This document shows positions 12,680 through 26,791 of a DNA stretch of 64,000 nucleotides, in pieces (position 1 is the stretch's first letter; each line of letters begins with the position of its first letter). Source of the stretch: Dicyema japonicum. Lineage: Eukaryota > Animalia > Dicyemida. Made by a program: the position numbers and the translations under genes. The stretch covers positions 671,909 through 735,908 of the forward strand of contig RDEW01000032.1 of NCBI GenBank assembly GCA_011109175.1, read 5' to 3'. Under the pieces are notes generated by a model. That model was given only the letters and a program-made list of their open reading frames with translations, was not told where the DNA came from and made no database searches.

Positions 12680-13623
12680 TAGTTACTGCCTGAGATAATA
12701 TTTTTTCTCAATTTTAAGACAAAACAGGTTTGCATAAAATTTTCCGTAAATTTATTGATCCCATGAAAAAAGCTGGTGGTACTACGATTACTTGTGCGGA
12801 AACCAATACACCTACTTGTATTCATCAGGAAGCCCAGGACATTGTGTAATAGAAGTACGAGATCATAATTGATTAAAGGGCTAAAGGGGACTATTGCAGC
12901 CCTCTTTTTGAGTGATTTTCCATTCTTCTAATTCTATGAAACAAATGACGAAATGATCAGATAACTTCTTTTGGAATTAGACAAGTGAAACCACCAGATA
13001 ACCGTGTAATATCTGATAGACAGACATGTGGTTAAGGCAAACTCATAACAGAATAGTTGTATTAAATTCATCCACCTCTTAAATTTAAGAATACGGATGG
13101 CTGAAATGAAAGGAATGGCTGAAGTGGGGATTCCCAGAGAAAAATCGAATGAATCCGGTGGGCAAAAGAAGAAGGATAGACAAGAGAAAAGATGACTCAG
13201 ACTCGGTCAGGAAGGAAGAATTGGGGGAAAGATAACAAGCCCAAATGTCTACGTTTTCTCCTAAAGGCATGTAAGAAAGTCTATAGTGTGCCAGATTGAC
13301 TCGAACTTCCTTAGGCAAGGTAGCTTGAATGTCAGTTACATTCAGGTTTTTGATGACATTTGTGGTAATTAAGTAATTTACCCCCCTTAAGGCGTGAAGA
13401 ATCGTTATCAGTATATAGTGACTAACAAAATATACTTTAGATTTAATAATGACATTTTTTATTAGATTAAAAAAATAATAAAAATTTATATTATATTTAT
13501 ATTAAATTAAATTAGGTTTAAATATTAATTTATTTTTTCTGGTTAACCTATTTTGGAATAAATTTTAGATTCTTCCTATTTCTGATCTTCCTAAACGAAT
13601 CTTTTATTGTTTGCATATTTAAA

Positions 13624-13956
13624 ATGTTTGCTTCAAAATCAAATGGAAATCGTAACATTAATAAAGCCAGTGGGAAAAAAAAGATTCCAATGAAATATAT
13701 AGATGACGATATAAAGCGAAGACAATCTCTAAGCAAAAGGAAACATGGAATAATAAAAAAGGTTGTTTCCACTAAATTACTATAGGCTGGTGAATTGGCG
13801 ACTCTGACAGGAAGTGAGATCGCAGTGATAATATACAGTCCGACAAAAATTTTCTCAATTTTTTCTACGGATAAATTCAAGCCCTTCTTCGAGGGAGAAA
13901 ATGGAATGAGGACCCTTTCTAGAATCCTCGACGGGGATGAAAATATTAACCATTAA
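13624..13956 (+). CDS. SRF: Minimal SRF-type MADS-box protein, 102 aa, one 24-nt intron (13762-13785)
   Basis: Spliced product contains GKKKIPMKYIDDDIKRRQSLSKRKHGIIKK|AGELATLTGSEIAVIIYSPT...FSTDKFKP...G, which matches the SRF MADS and SAM region; orthologue versus paralogue uncertain. Confidence 0.82.
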
Positions 13957-14219
13957 TAATTTTTTAATTAATTTTATACTTCCTTCCTCCATGTTGATAA
14001 ACTTCCATTCTGTCTTGTGTGAGAGGTCATATGAGTCTACTCCCAAACGTCTTTATTGCTTTTGGTGTATCGAAAGATATCTTGGGTTTTCAACGTAAGT
14101 GAGCTAATGAGAATTTGGTCACGTGGGTATTTGCACAAATTTTTATATTGTCTTAGTACCTTTGTTTTTTCGGATAACGTGGGTAGACAAAATGACGAGT
14201 AACTTTAGAAGGACCAGGA

Positions 14220-14570
14220 TCCCCAATTGTAATCTTACGTTTGAATGTGGACACAAAGGAAGAACTTGATAGATACGATCATTCGTGACACCACATGACT
14301 ACACTGTTGCAACTCCAGTTATTTGTCTGATTGATTGTAAAATTGATATTAATGTGTCATTACGGTGACGGTGGTAAACAAGGCCAGTCAGGGTCAGGGT
14401 ATTTAATAATAAAGATAATAAAAATCATTGACCCTGTTAAACAGAACCGGATCTCTTATCGCGAAGATGGAAAATGATAGAAAAGAAAGAAGCTGGCTAA
14501 TTGAGGGTATCTCTGCAAATCGTCAGGGGAATGCGTTCTCGATTATGAGAGCATGTAAATTTAAAATAAA
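14220..14570 (+). mobile_element. Very decayed CRE-like 3' relic
   Basis: KERSWLIEGIS...QGNAFSI resembles ERRWLFERISLAILRGNSHAV. Confidence 0.5.
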
Positions 14571-17500
14571 TGTCAACTACTGCAACGTTTATTTTAGTGT
14601 AACCGTAGTGTATGTGACATCAAACAATGTAAAAGAGTGCTCCTTTCAGACAACCAACCGATTCGTACCCCCTTTCTCCATACTGGAGTCAGCTACTTTC
14701 TTCCAGTGTCGAATGTTTACAGTCTATTTCTTAAGCTAACCATCTAGAAAGCAATCCTGAATTATCCAACACGTGAAATAAAAAAACCGTGATCTCTCAC
14801 TTCCGCCATTCTACAAGCCGCTCTATAGTCCTGATAAACTTTAACATTTTCAACGGAGATTGGTTGTAAGACAACAACCCCCTCGACAAAATGGACGTTG
14901 CTTTTCATGGAAATCAACTGGAAGAGCGATTGAGTTTTCCTTCCTCAATTTTATCATTCAGACTTTCAAGCAAACAATAGCACGTCTTTCATCGACCATT
15001 CCAAAATAGTCTCCCACAACCCTTCTGGTATGACCATATTTATGTTCTACTCAAGGGTCCTTCTGACCACGACAGTCTGAATATATGTCCGTAGAGTGTC
15101 ACCTACTTTGAGTGTGTTTTGGTGGTGCTTAAACGATCTACGTGTGACCTCTAAGAAGCAATGGTTTATAGAAAGACATAGACAAATTAGAAATACGTTG
15201 CAGGATTCCGAATCGAACCTATGAAATCTACCAAACATGAACTTTTTTCGGCAAATATGGCCATTCAATTGAATCTCCCCCTAATTCCGCGACTATATGC
15301 CTAATTTGGCAACGGAGGCCGTATGCGGGTTTCTCCCTGATCCATGGTTTCAAGAATCTTACCGATATCCAATGCTATCCGACCTCCTCTGAGTTTCTCC
15401 CTGATCTAATGTGTTGGTTTTGAAAATCTTGAGTTTTTGTTCAATTAATTTGGCTGTTTTGGATCTATCATCACCGCCCAAAGAGTAGGTGGGTTTCTTA
15501 TAAACATTTTTATTGCATTGAAATGGGAGACTGTGCGATTGGAGGACCTAAAAGCTTTCATTTTGTATCCCACCAGGTTATAGTCAACGAAGGGGTAGAC
15601 TTCATCCAATTGATATTCTTATAGTCTAATCTGGGCAGTCTTTAATTTTTGGAGTCACTCTTCAAGTCGTAAACCAAACCAACTGACGAGAAAGGCGATA
15701 CTACCAGAAGCGAGTGTTAATTCGGGGGATGTAATGCTATCTTTGGATTTGTATAGTGTTTATCAATCGATCGTTCAAAATTACTAGGGTATGCAGATTC
15801 GCCAGTTGGTTCTTGAACTAATCCAGGTGCTTTACGCCATGGCCAACTGGTCGATCGCAATCGATTGATTTTTAACGATGCGATTGATATCGCACAACTA
15901 TTTGTATTTTCCTGTTTATTTTTCTAAGAATTATTAGCCATCATGCTTATGAAGGACAGAACAACTATCTATAATTGTTTAATAAGTTTTTGTTATTATT
16001 CGATTTATTACCTTAACAAGCGAATTTAATTAACAAAAAAATCCATCAAACGTGGTCCCAGCCGACATTACCGACGTTGCGTGCCTCTCATGATTGCAAC
16101 AGAGATCATCTGGAGAAGCCACCGGGTCTCATGTACGTCGTGGCTTTCTAGTGTAGCTAGGCGTTCAGCGATTCCCCACTTCGCTTCGTGACGACCCCCT
16201 TATGACAAAAACAATTTATCAGCAATTAAGAGACCTATTAACATAATCTCCAACGCAGTATTTTGATTTCCTTTAATGATTTCTTCAACTTTTGTATCAG
16301 ACAATTTTGTGACGATAAATTATTCTTGTAGGGATTCTTCGTTGAGACTGGGTCACGTTTCTATGGACGCCCATACGTCACTCTTCCTAGGATAAATGAA
16401 ATGTGGCGAACATTTGGATGACTTAGAGAGTTTGCGTACGACTGTAGATGGTGGAACCGCTTACTTTGATAGTTTCTAACTCAAGATGTTGAGAGACGTA
16501 ATAATGGGATACGAATAATTGGAAAGTAATGGATAATAAAATCACCCTCATCTTATAGGAAAATTTTTGTCAATTTACTTTTATTTCATAGAATGTCCTT
16601 GTTACTACATCAATTCAGTTCCGCCATATAATTTCCATGTCTGTTCAACCACATACTCCCAATAGAGATTAGGACAAACAGAGTAGAGATACACGAGATT
16701 AGGAAGAGTGATTGGAGAATGATGTTTGCTTTGACAATGGAAATAGAAAAGGAAAACTCAGCCATTCCAAACTATTTTATACAAAAAATAAAATACTGGA
16801 TTTTCAATTACAGTAGAAGATTCCCCCTCCTTACTTCAGGAAGATATAAATGTTCATCGACTTTAAAGAGCTTTAAAATGCTATAAAACTGTGTAAATCC
16901 AATGTTCGCTTTAAGCCACGTGGCTTGGAAATATACACCTTCCCTGTTGTCATACGATTTATATTTTATAGAGTTTTGACAGGCGCTCCTTTAAACGGTG
17001 CTGTAGAGAGCTGGATGGAGTACTAACACAATTGTGGATTGGTGGACGTTTTTACGAAAAATGTGTGTAGACTTTCTGTAAAGCAAACAAACGGTGGTAA
17101 GATACGATAAACCTTTTGTGGACATGACATACACTGAATCACAAGTTAGGTCTCTTTAATGTAAACTTATAGACAAAATTGTATAAATCGTGAGACTGGT
17201 GGATACATCCAAAGATGGGGGAAATTCCCGGTGTGGAACCGCAAAAAGTGACTTTAGGTTTCAATAGCTGGCAAATACTCCACAATAAGTCGAAGATCAG
17301 TTCCACGTGTCGAATAGTTTATTTTACGTTTAGCTTTAAATTATTGATCTACGACCTATCCTAAGTAAAGGACAAGTTCCTTGTAGTCTTCAACATTGCT
17401 TCGATGACAAGATCATGTCATTTGCTTTTCGTTAGTTTTATTGACAATCATCATACACGTGCTGATTCTGGTGGATGATCATCCAAGTTCTTTCAATTTT

Positions 17501-17999
17501 GGTTGGACGAGATTCAAACTAGAATCCACGTGGATAGAACACTTGTTTTGTTCAGAACTTGGGTTTTTCAACGTCTCTTGAATCCGTTACCTCGACTATG
17601 CTTACACAAAGGAAGACAAAGGATTTCGTCAATCATGAAGCTAAGTAAACATTTTGTGCAATTAAGGTCCGTCACCACCTCGCCCTTCTGACAATTAACC
17701 ATTCTGCTACTTGTCCTAGTTGTCAATTCTTATTTTATCTTCATGCCTCATTTTGATTGACAAATACTTAGTTTCCTCACTAACAGTTAAAACCTACTAA
17801 AAATAGCCAAAATGTGGCGGATTCAGGTTTACTAGAATTTTTAATCAACTGTTATTCCCCCAATTCTTAGATAAATACTTTTCATTCACTAAACCAAGAT
17901 TTTCCAGAATATGTCCCCCACTATTGAAAGTTACTAAATTAACAGTGAAAGTCAACTAAAATAACAAACAGACTCAACTTTATTACAAGGAAAAACAAA

Positions 18000-20900
18000 T
18001 TAAGAATTCTCCAACTCATTAACAATAACAGTATTATCAGCTTGCATAGCTCTCAGCCTCTCAATCTCCTCAAGTTCATCCCTCTGTCTTCGTTCCAGTT
18101 CAGCCAGACGTTCTCTCTCAGCCTTAATCTCAGCATCCTAACATCAAACAAACACAAACCTTTGATTTCTTCCATTCTGAGTAAACTTGGACCATATTCG
18201 TGTATATCCTCTCAACTTGTAAAGTCATCTCCCCAACATCCTCCACAATAGTAAACCCATCCACGTGCTCCCCAAGCCTCCTTGTAGACGGATAAACCTC
18301 ATTATGAACCAAAACCAGCTTGGAAGGCTTTTGTTGTAGCTACAGTAACACAAAGTAATAACCAAATCAAAGACAGGCTTTAGGTCGGGACAACCCAAAA
18401 ACAGAGACAACCTCCCAAATATGTACAACCCAAGTCTAGCACGAGAAAGAGCCACAATAAGACGCCTAACATCCCTTAGGTGTCCCACGTGCTTGGTTTT
18501 GACCAAAGATAGCAAAATATAATCATTCTGCCGACCCTGGTACTTGTCGACCGTACAGATCTAAACATCAAAAATATCCTGTAACCTTAGCGGGGGACCC
18601 AAAGAATGGGTTATTGGCACAACGAACTCTCACGACGTCCTTGATTAACTGAACCTGTCCATTGTACGTCGACAGTATGGTTATTCGGTCCTTGGGGTAC
18701 CCCAATAGACGCATATACATGAAGAGCGCCACTGCATACTCCGCCTCTCCCAAATTCTGGGTTATAATAGATCAAAGTACTTGGTAAAAGTACTGGGTCG
18801 GTTCCTGTTCCCCCACTCCATTGAGATCTTCCACATTAATAAACTGACAGTCATGTAAAAGTCCAGGGTTGGCCATTTTAAAGTCAGGGTCATTCATAAT
18901 ATGAGGAAGACTCCCCAACTGTGAATACCTCCATTTGTACAAGTCACAAATACTGAATATCCCCAATATGTACCTCGGTCGTGCCCTCCCCTGCATGTCC
19001 AGTTGTATTGTAGGGACTCCAAAACTGATGAATCTGGCAAACAGGGACTGTTCCATATTACAGTACTTTTGTAGCACTGTGTTCTTAACTATTGGTGGAA
19101 GTTGGTAGTGATCCCCCAACATTATCCACCTCTTCAGTGGATTCCCAATAGTCTCAGTCGGTCTCTACCAATTAGGTGACTAAAAACCTGCAAAAGTAGA
19201 GGAATGAATGTCTCAATCTCCAACACTCTCCCAGCCTCCTCCATGACGATAGTGTCAAACTAGAGTAACCCCAAATCAAACTCTAAAGTCGGAGGCCAAC
19301 AGATCAGTCCTCTTAAGAGCAGCGTGAGTGCACGTCATGGCTATAATTCTGGCTTCCTTCACAAGGAGGTAGTTCACTCGGTCCTTTCTATTTCTGAGTA
19401 GTTCAAACGGGTGAAATTGCTGGGGGTTACACAATCAGCATACTCTCAGTCTCTCAAATATACTGCACATATGAGAGTAACATTGTAGGGCTACATCAAA
19501 GTCCTCGTCCCAGTCGGCACCTTTGAAGATATTTTCAGAAGTAATATCATTGAAAAAATCCATAAAAGGGAAGTTTTCAGCAATAAAATCAACATTTCCC
19601 TACAAATAAACTCAAATAATACCGTCTCATCCTTTTTAATAGCCTCCACAAATCTCTTCCACCTTGGCTTAACCTCGTGAGTAAAAAAGTGATCAGCACT
19701 CTCACAGTCATGTTCCACCCAATTGGTTATGGACAAAGACTTTTGTAGTCTGGTCACATCGTCCAATAACTCCAGTCTAGTAGCCAGAGCGTAGTCCACT
19801 CGTCCATAGCTTCAATCGGAGAAACAACTTACCGACTGAAATTCTTGTCAGTGTCCAAGTCCTCCTCTCCATGTCCCAGTCTCAATAGGTACCTCTCCTC
19901 AATATCCAGGGAGATCAACTTCTCAAACAGTTGATTTAAAGCTTGGTTCGAATGAGTAACAATCAGAGTCCTCTCCCTACTAAAATTGTGGTACAAATTG
20001 GCTATTATTTGGGCGGCCACGTCTGTTTTACCAGTCCCAGGTGGTCCCACAATCTAAAATACGCCAAAATGGGGACCATTGTGAGTCCAGGTTGCATTCC
20101 AGAGTGAATCGCTTCTACTTGCTTTGGAGTAAACCTCACTGAATTACTAAACAATAACACGTGACACAAACTATCTTTTCTGAGGCAGAAATGGCGGAAT
20201 CTCAAATTTACAAGCCCCGGATTTTACAGTGACGTCATTTTCAGAAGTAAAAGTGAGACTTGAGGTCATTAGAATTAATACTGAAAGGGAGGTAGTAGAT
20301 CCTCAAGGGGCTCAGCGTTTTCAGCAGAAAATTGAAACCCCGGAAAGCTCTCTCTGAGATGGGGGATATCTAAAAAGGTGTCATTCCAATTGAAGCTCGA
20401 AATCCGCGATTCGAGACTTAATGAGTAAATTCTGATACTTTTTATAGCACGCTAGTGAGGGGTCGCCATAACCGAGGAATGCCTCTCCAATCCAGTCGGG
20501 TACCATCGGTTTTGAGTTGAGTAGTCCCCGAATGGTCTCGAGGACCGCCTTAAAGTTGTTAACCTCAGACTTTCTCCTCATAAAAAAGTTGAAGGATTGG
20601 TAAATGTCCTAAAATGCCTAACCACCCATACAATGTGCTTTTCCTGTTGCATATCAATCTGATACTGAATGGGGTCTAGAGCCACTCTGTAAACACGTTC
20701 ATCCTCCACGAATGGGGGTCGGGGAAGGTCTATATAGGACTTTATGTCTTACTATAATCAAGTTCGTTTCCGTCGTCGTCCAAAATAGACTTAATCTCAC
20801 AACCGCGGACAAACACAACCCAAGAAGGATTAAACCTCTCAGAGTTAGGACGAACGGTCACAAGGAAGCCAACGTCGTACTCTGCATAGACTCCCACTCA

Positions 20901-22419
20901 TTCTTGACCTCCCGCGGAAGGTTTAAGTGGAGAGTCAACTCTCCAATGACTGCCGATGGGTGTCTCTGAGCCAGCTTTGGCTTACCCACTTGAATTATCC
21001 TGAAATTCTGTATAGGTTGAGCCATTCGAGCCCATCCGTCAAAGACCACGTGTTCTGGTCCAGAGATACTGCAATTAATAAACCATGAACTGTGGTTTCA
21101 GTCGTTCAATTGAGTTTTCCAGTTCCTGTTTTACCTCAAACGTGGACTCCAACCGGAAGAGCAAAAAATTCCGTAAATAGTAGTCAAAAAGAGACAAAAA
21201 CTGCAAATTCATCTTCGGTAACGGAAAGCAGTCTAAGTTTTGTTATTCAACTACCCTTTTCTGTGATTTGTTGTACTCCCGTGTTGTTTTCCCCCCAAAT
21301 GAACTCTTCAGTAGGATATAAAGGCAGATTATTGAGTTGTTCAATCTGCAGAGGTCGTCGAGAGAATTTGGAGATCTAAAACTGTGGCTAATGAAAAACC
21401 ATGATTTCTATGATAAAATCCGTGGAGAAGTCGTGTTGCGGACAGATAAGCTTCATCTCAACAGCGAGATCTTTTAAAGTTGAAGGTCTATGGGGTTAAG
21501 GGGCATATCTTACTCGACAGTGCGGAGGGCAGCCTCTATTGACTTTGGGTTGTCCACGTTGGCTACGGAGACGAGGGTGAATGCTTTGAGTTTCTCAGGC
21601 TCGACTTTGAAGAGGAGTTTCTGAAGATGAGTCATTTTGTTGTAGTGGAGGTCGAGAACTGCAATCCCGGGGAATTCGTCCCCTGTGTATAGGTCGATCT
21701 CTGCGTAGTAGTAGGACTCGAACACGTCCATGATTTGTCGAAAGATTGCTGAAGTTTTGAATAGTTCCAGTCTTTTGAGACGAATCACCACGTGGGTGTA
21801 GTCGAGGACAATGTGGAAGAACCTCTTATTGTAATAAATGCTCTCCAGTGTTATAAGGAGGTCGACAAAGTGCATAGAAAGCGGTAAATTTGGGGTGTTA
21901 GAGGAGAGGAACTTTTCTATCATTTTGTGTAGAAAGGTGGCATAAGTGTCCTCAGCCGCTTGATCTTGGGAAGTCATCTTTTGGTATTTTTTATCGAAGG
22001 CTCTCCATGCCTTTCCCCAGCGAGAATTCTTGGCCAGTTCCTCATTCCGTCGTTCCTTTAATCAAAATGAAAACCAACCTCAGGAAGGACCGTCAAAACT
22101 CTAACAAAAACCAGTTTTTGTACAGAATGGAGAATAAAGTCCACGTGCAAACTGTTGAGACAGTTCTTTATAAAGATTATTAGTTCCATGTCTTCTCTAT
22201 AAAGGCAGATCTCCATTATTTTACTGAAAAAAACAGAAAAGTCAACATCAGTCTTGTAGGGGAAATGCTATCCTGGTAAAATAAGCCTAACCTCCCAAGG
22301 AGGAATCCGTTCGGTAAACCTTTCATTAATATCGGTGCATAGGGCGATGATCTGGTGGACTTGTTCGTCCTATTTGTTGTAATTTATATTATTACTGATA
22401 TTGAAGAAATTTTGCGCAT
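18000..22419 (-). CDS. AQR: Aquarius RNA helicase (IBP160), many tiny introns
   Basis: [83 protein letters not shown]; stop TAA at 18000-18002; start ATG at 22419 inferred. Confidence 0.95.
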
Positions 22420-22444
22420 TATTTTGATTATTTAGTATGCCACG

Positions 22445-22622
22445 AAAGCGTGATTTCAATTTATTTTAAATTAATTTTCAAAGTTATTAATATATTTTTA
22501 AATTTGTTTTTGCTACCCTATGAATCGTTAGTTAAAGCGTGATTTCAATTTATTTTAAATTAATTTTCAAAGTTATTAATATATTTTTAAATTTGTTTTT
22601 GCTACCCTATGAATCGTTAGTT
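22445..22622. repeat. Perfect 2 x 89-bp tandem duplication in the AQR upstream region
   Basis: Unit aaagcgtgat...gaatcgttagtt starts at 22445 and 22534; may be an assembly artefact. Confidence 0.8.
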
Positions 22623-22663
22623 AATGCAAATTAATTAATTTAATTACATCTGCGTTAGTAAAC

Positions 22664-24166
22664 TTTAATTAAGATTTTAGTGTGACGACATGCGGTTCAC
22701 CTGTTGTTGTGGTGGCGTCCGGTGCAAATTATGCACTAAAGAGAACCGTTTGAACTTCTCCACCCCTGTACGTCCTTTGGAAGGGTGGCCTACCAACTTC
22801 AATTTCCTAACCCGGGTTCTGATTTCATGCTGGTCATTCTCCAACTCAATGTCAGCGTTTCCTCTTGACCCGTTTGAAAGTGGACATTGCCATTATTCAG
22901 GAGTCTAAACTATCTACGTCAGCCCCCACCCCACGCTTCCCTGGTTACAATATACTCCGAAAGGACCGGACAAGAAGTCTCGGTGGAGGATTATTGACGT
23001 TTGTTAGTGAGGGTTTTTTGTTCACTGATGTCACCCTGTTTATATATTCTCTTTGCGGAGACACTATTCTGGAACAAATATCTATGGAAGTTCCTTTCTC
23101 ACCCTCAAGACGTTTTAAACTGTATAATATTTATATTTAACCTCATAGTTCGTCGACTTCCCTTATTCCAAAGTATGTTCCAAACTTATCGAAACTTTTT
23201 GAACTGAAAGATCTGGTATTATGCGGCGACCTAAATGCCAAACATCCACTCTGACTCCGGACACAATCAGCCGACAGTCGCGGCGAGTACATCCTCTCCT
23301 TACTTAATGACTAGACAATCCTCAATGACCATGACGCTCACATAAGGACCCCGTCCTGTAGAAGGGACAGTCCAACATCCCCGGACCTGTCCCTCTGCTC
23401 TCCTTCTATGGCTGGATGTATTTCATGGAATGTTCGTTATGGCTTCTCAAGTGACCACAACCCCATTGTGTTGAGACTTAGAAGGCCTATTTGTTCACTG
23501 TGTTGTTCTACAAAGTTCAAAAATTATTTGAAGGCTGATTGGCAAGGTTTCATGGCGTATGTGGACAATAGTCTGTTTGACCTTGCTATGGTTAATTGTA
23601 CAGTAGAGAAAACGGTCAAGATTCTGTCTGCTATCATTTTAAAAGCTGATGAACTTTTATACCTGTCGCCTCTTACAAGAAGTTCAATCCAAGATTATCA
23701 TCGCAAATTGTGTCACTCATCAAGAAACGAGATGCGGCGAAGAGAAAAAGAACACAGTCCAATAATTCCTTTTATTCTATACGTTCACTGAATACTAAAT
23801 TATCTGAGCTTATCCGAACTAATAACAGACTCAAATGGAGCCGTCTAGCTGGACGACTATGTCACAAAAACTCTTGCGCCACATTTCGGATAACGCTAAG
23901 AAAGATCAATAGCCTTATCAATAAAGAGGACTGCGGTACTGAGGCCGTCAAGCAAAATGTGGCCCATGCAGAAAAATTTCGGTCGGTTAGAAAAAAGTGC
24001 AAGCTGATTGAATTCCTATGCAAAAAGAAGAGAAGGCGCTTCCGGAATGCGGTTGGGTCATCAGAAGACCAGACGAAAAGAGTTCGGATGCTGTTGGAGG
24101 CTGGAATCACTTAATTAGTTAGTTTTGACTTATCTTTCTTGGTGGTCTTGGAGTTAAATAAAATAA
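22664..24166 (+). mobile_element. Internally deleted LINE (degenerate Cys-rich N-terminus, APE endonuclease, 3' end; RT missing) with 16-bp TSD
   Basis: TSD atc(t/c)gcgttagtaaac at 22648-22663 and 24167-24182; ILQLN, DIAIIQESKL, GGGLL, GDLNAKH, SDHNPI; ends EAGIT-stop plus family tail. Confidence 0.9.
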
Positions 24167-25518
24167 ATCCGCGTTAGTAAACAGAGTTTATGGTTTCGTT
24201 TGTGCCACGTTTTTGACTATTCTTGCCGCTAGCCTTCTCCATCCCTTTCGTTGTTTTGCTCTCCTGATTTAGGCCAGATCATATGCATCCATCAATCAGT
24301 CCTCGATCACAGCATAATCATCCACAAATGTCCTGGGAAGACAACTTTTGAACGTCTTCTGAATGTATAAAATTCAGTATGACCGAAAAATCAGGATGTT
24401 TAAACATCCATGGTTTAAGATTTTCTTTGTGCCAAAAATTTCCAAGTTTTCTTAGTTGGCCTTTGTTAAATAAGTCGAGTTGTTCCATATCTTTCTTTAA
24501 TGTTCCCCAAATACTTCGTTGTACACGAGGATGGTCGGACAAATCCATTATATAAACGTAACAGCATCTTAGTAGGAATTTGATTATTTCTAGAATGGGT
24601 AGTAATTTTAAAGTGCTATTGTGGCCAATATCTTTCGTCGTGTGATATCCTCTGAATCGCCAAGTAAAAATCCGAGTTTTAGGGTGTTCTTTCACTTTTC
24701 CTCAACTCGGCTTGGCGTTCTTTCAATGGTAAATATTTCAGTTTTATCTTTATTGACTTTGAGGGACCATTTACTCAAAATTGTTTTCGCTCTCTCCATA
24801 ATGCAAAAATGTGTATTTCCTTTAATAACGGAACACGACGGGGCCTTCGTTTATTGATTCCTTCACTGCGTAGTGTAGAAGTAATTATACGAAGGGACAC
24901 TGATGTTCCTGTACTATTTATATCATCAGCCAATTTTTTCGAGTAATTCTCGGTTTTGTACAAACTATTCTTTTCATTGAGATATTTTCCTCGGAGCAAT
25001 CTGATCTTGGTCGATTAATAACAGTTCCGTGTTGTTTCTATGGGAAATAATATTCCGAACAGTTCTTTTTGGCAATGTCAACAATTCAGAAATCTCTTTA
25101 TAACTTTTACCTCTTTGATGGGCCGTTACAACTAGTTGTTTTAGGTCCAAAGAATGCTCTTTCCTCACCGACATGATAATTTTAATAACGGGCAAAAAAT
25201 GAAAGTAAAATTATATTAATCAGAATCTATTAATCAACTGTATTAAAAAACTGTNTGTTTCCATGGGAAATAATATTCCGAACAGTTCTTTTTGGCAATG
25301 TCAACAATTCAGAAATCTCTTTATAACTTTTACCTCTTTGATGGGCCGTTACAACTAGTTGTTTTAGGTCCAAAGAATGCTCTTTCCTCACCGACATGAT
25401 AATTTTAATAACGGGCAAAAAATGAAAGTATAATTATTTTAATCAGAATCTATTAATCAACTGTATTAAAAGAACTGTTAAGAAATTACTTCAAAAAAGG
25501 GTACAAAGAGATAATCAT

Positions 25519-26791
25519 TAGGGCGGAAATAATAGGACATTTTTTTAGGACATTTTAAAAGCAAAATATTACAATTGGGACATAGTAAGAAAAAATAGGA
25601 CAATTTTATTATTTTTTATTTTTCAATTATGACATCTCAATCAGGGGGAAATTTGCCCACCGTAAGAAATACATGCGGGAAGCGGTCTGGCTGAGGCAAC
25701 GAATTGGGATCGCAGTTATCCGTGGAAACGCTTACTCCGTAATATCAGCAGCCGCTCTTATTAATTTAAATCTGCATTTTTCGGAATAATAAAAATGCCG
25801 CTTCTAAGAAAGTCCACAATCTTGTGATAATTACATATGTAGGTAATTTAGTCTCATCAAACATAGTTCTGCGCTTTATTGGTTTTGAAAGACGTGGTAA
25901 TTTAAGGAATAGTTTTTTATATAACTATTTTTTAATGTGTGAAGTGGAATATCGGCATTTCAAAATGTTTCAACTAAAAAGATACCCAGTATTCTTGGTT
26001 ATCTTCAGTAAGAAAAAGTTGACTAGCCTCTATTTTTAGTATACAGTCTGATGTCTTTTTCCATTAAGATGTAGGTCTATTTTTTAATGTGTGAAGTGGA
26101 ATATCGGCATTTCAAAATGTTTCAACTAAAAAGATACCCAGTATTCTTGGTTATCTTCAGTAAGAAAAAGTTGACTAGCCTCTATTTTTAGTATACAGTC
26201 TGATGTCTTTTTCCATTAAGATGTAGGTCGGTGTAGTGTTGCTAGATTATTTTACTATCTTAGAGCATTTTAGGCAAAATAAATCTCCTTTAGGTGTTAT
26301 TGTATGTCTTTTGATATTTTTTCCTTGTCTTTGTCAGATAGGATTGCGTATACGATTCCACGTAATATGGAAATCTCTATGCGTTGTCTAGCTTTTTTGG
26401 CTCGCTTGTTTCCCTCCTATTTTTTAAAAAGGCCGCAGTGAGGGATCCAACGGCTTTGGAATTTGAAAAAAAAATTATTTCAAATTTATTTCAAAAAACC
26501 ATGTAAAATTTTTTGATTGAAATTTTGATTTTTTAATAAAATAATTGAAAAAGATTAGTAAAAACAATTTGAGAATTGGCCAATTTCTTAGGAAAATTGG
26601 CTTTTTGGAACCATTGACGTGAACTTTTAGCCAAAAAATTGGTCAATTTATAAGGTCCCCAATTAGAGGGACCTCACTGTACTTAAAATATAATTAAAAT
26701 AATTATGTCCTATTTTAGGACAATGTTATCTTTGAAGTAGGACAAATAGGACAATGTACTATTTGTCTTAAATAGGACAATTTCTACCCTA
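25519..26791. mobile_element. Non-autonomous hAT element
   Basis: 8-bp TSD ATAATCAT (25511-25518 and 26792-26799); TIRs tagggcggaaat / atttctacccta; clustered AGGACA subterminal motifs at both ends. Confidence 0.88.
25660..25765 (+). mobile_element. Short 3' fragment of a CRE-like element nested in the hAT
   Basis: gcggtctggctgaggcaa...gcagttatccgtggaaacgcttactccgt closely matches the reverse complement of 62100-62170. Confidence 0.8.

Noticed and set aside
13548-13880. 110-aa minus-strand membrane-like ORF
   Set aside because: Antisense shadow of the SRF-like gene.
15780-17360. Possible hAT transposase relic
   Set aside because: Only a TAGGG start and a DWW-like peptide are present, with no matching TIR or TSD.
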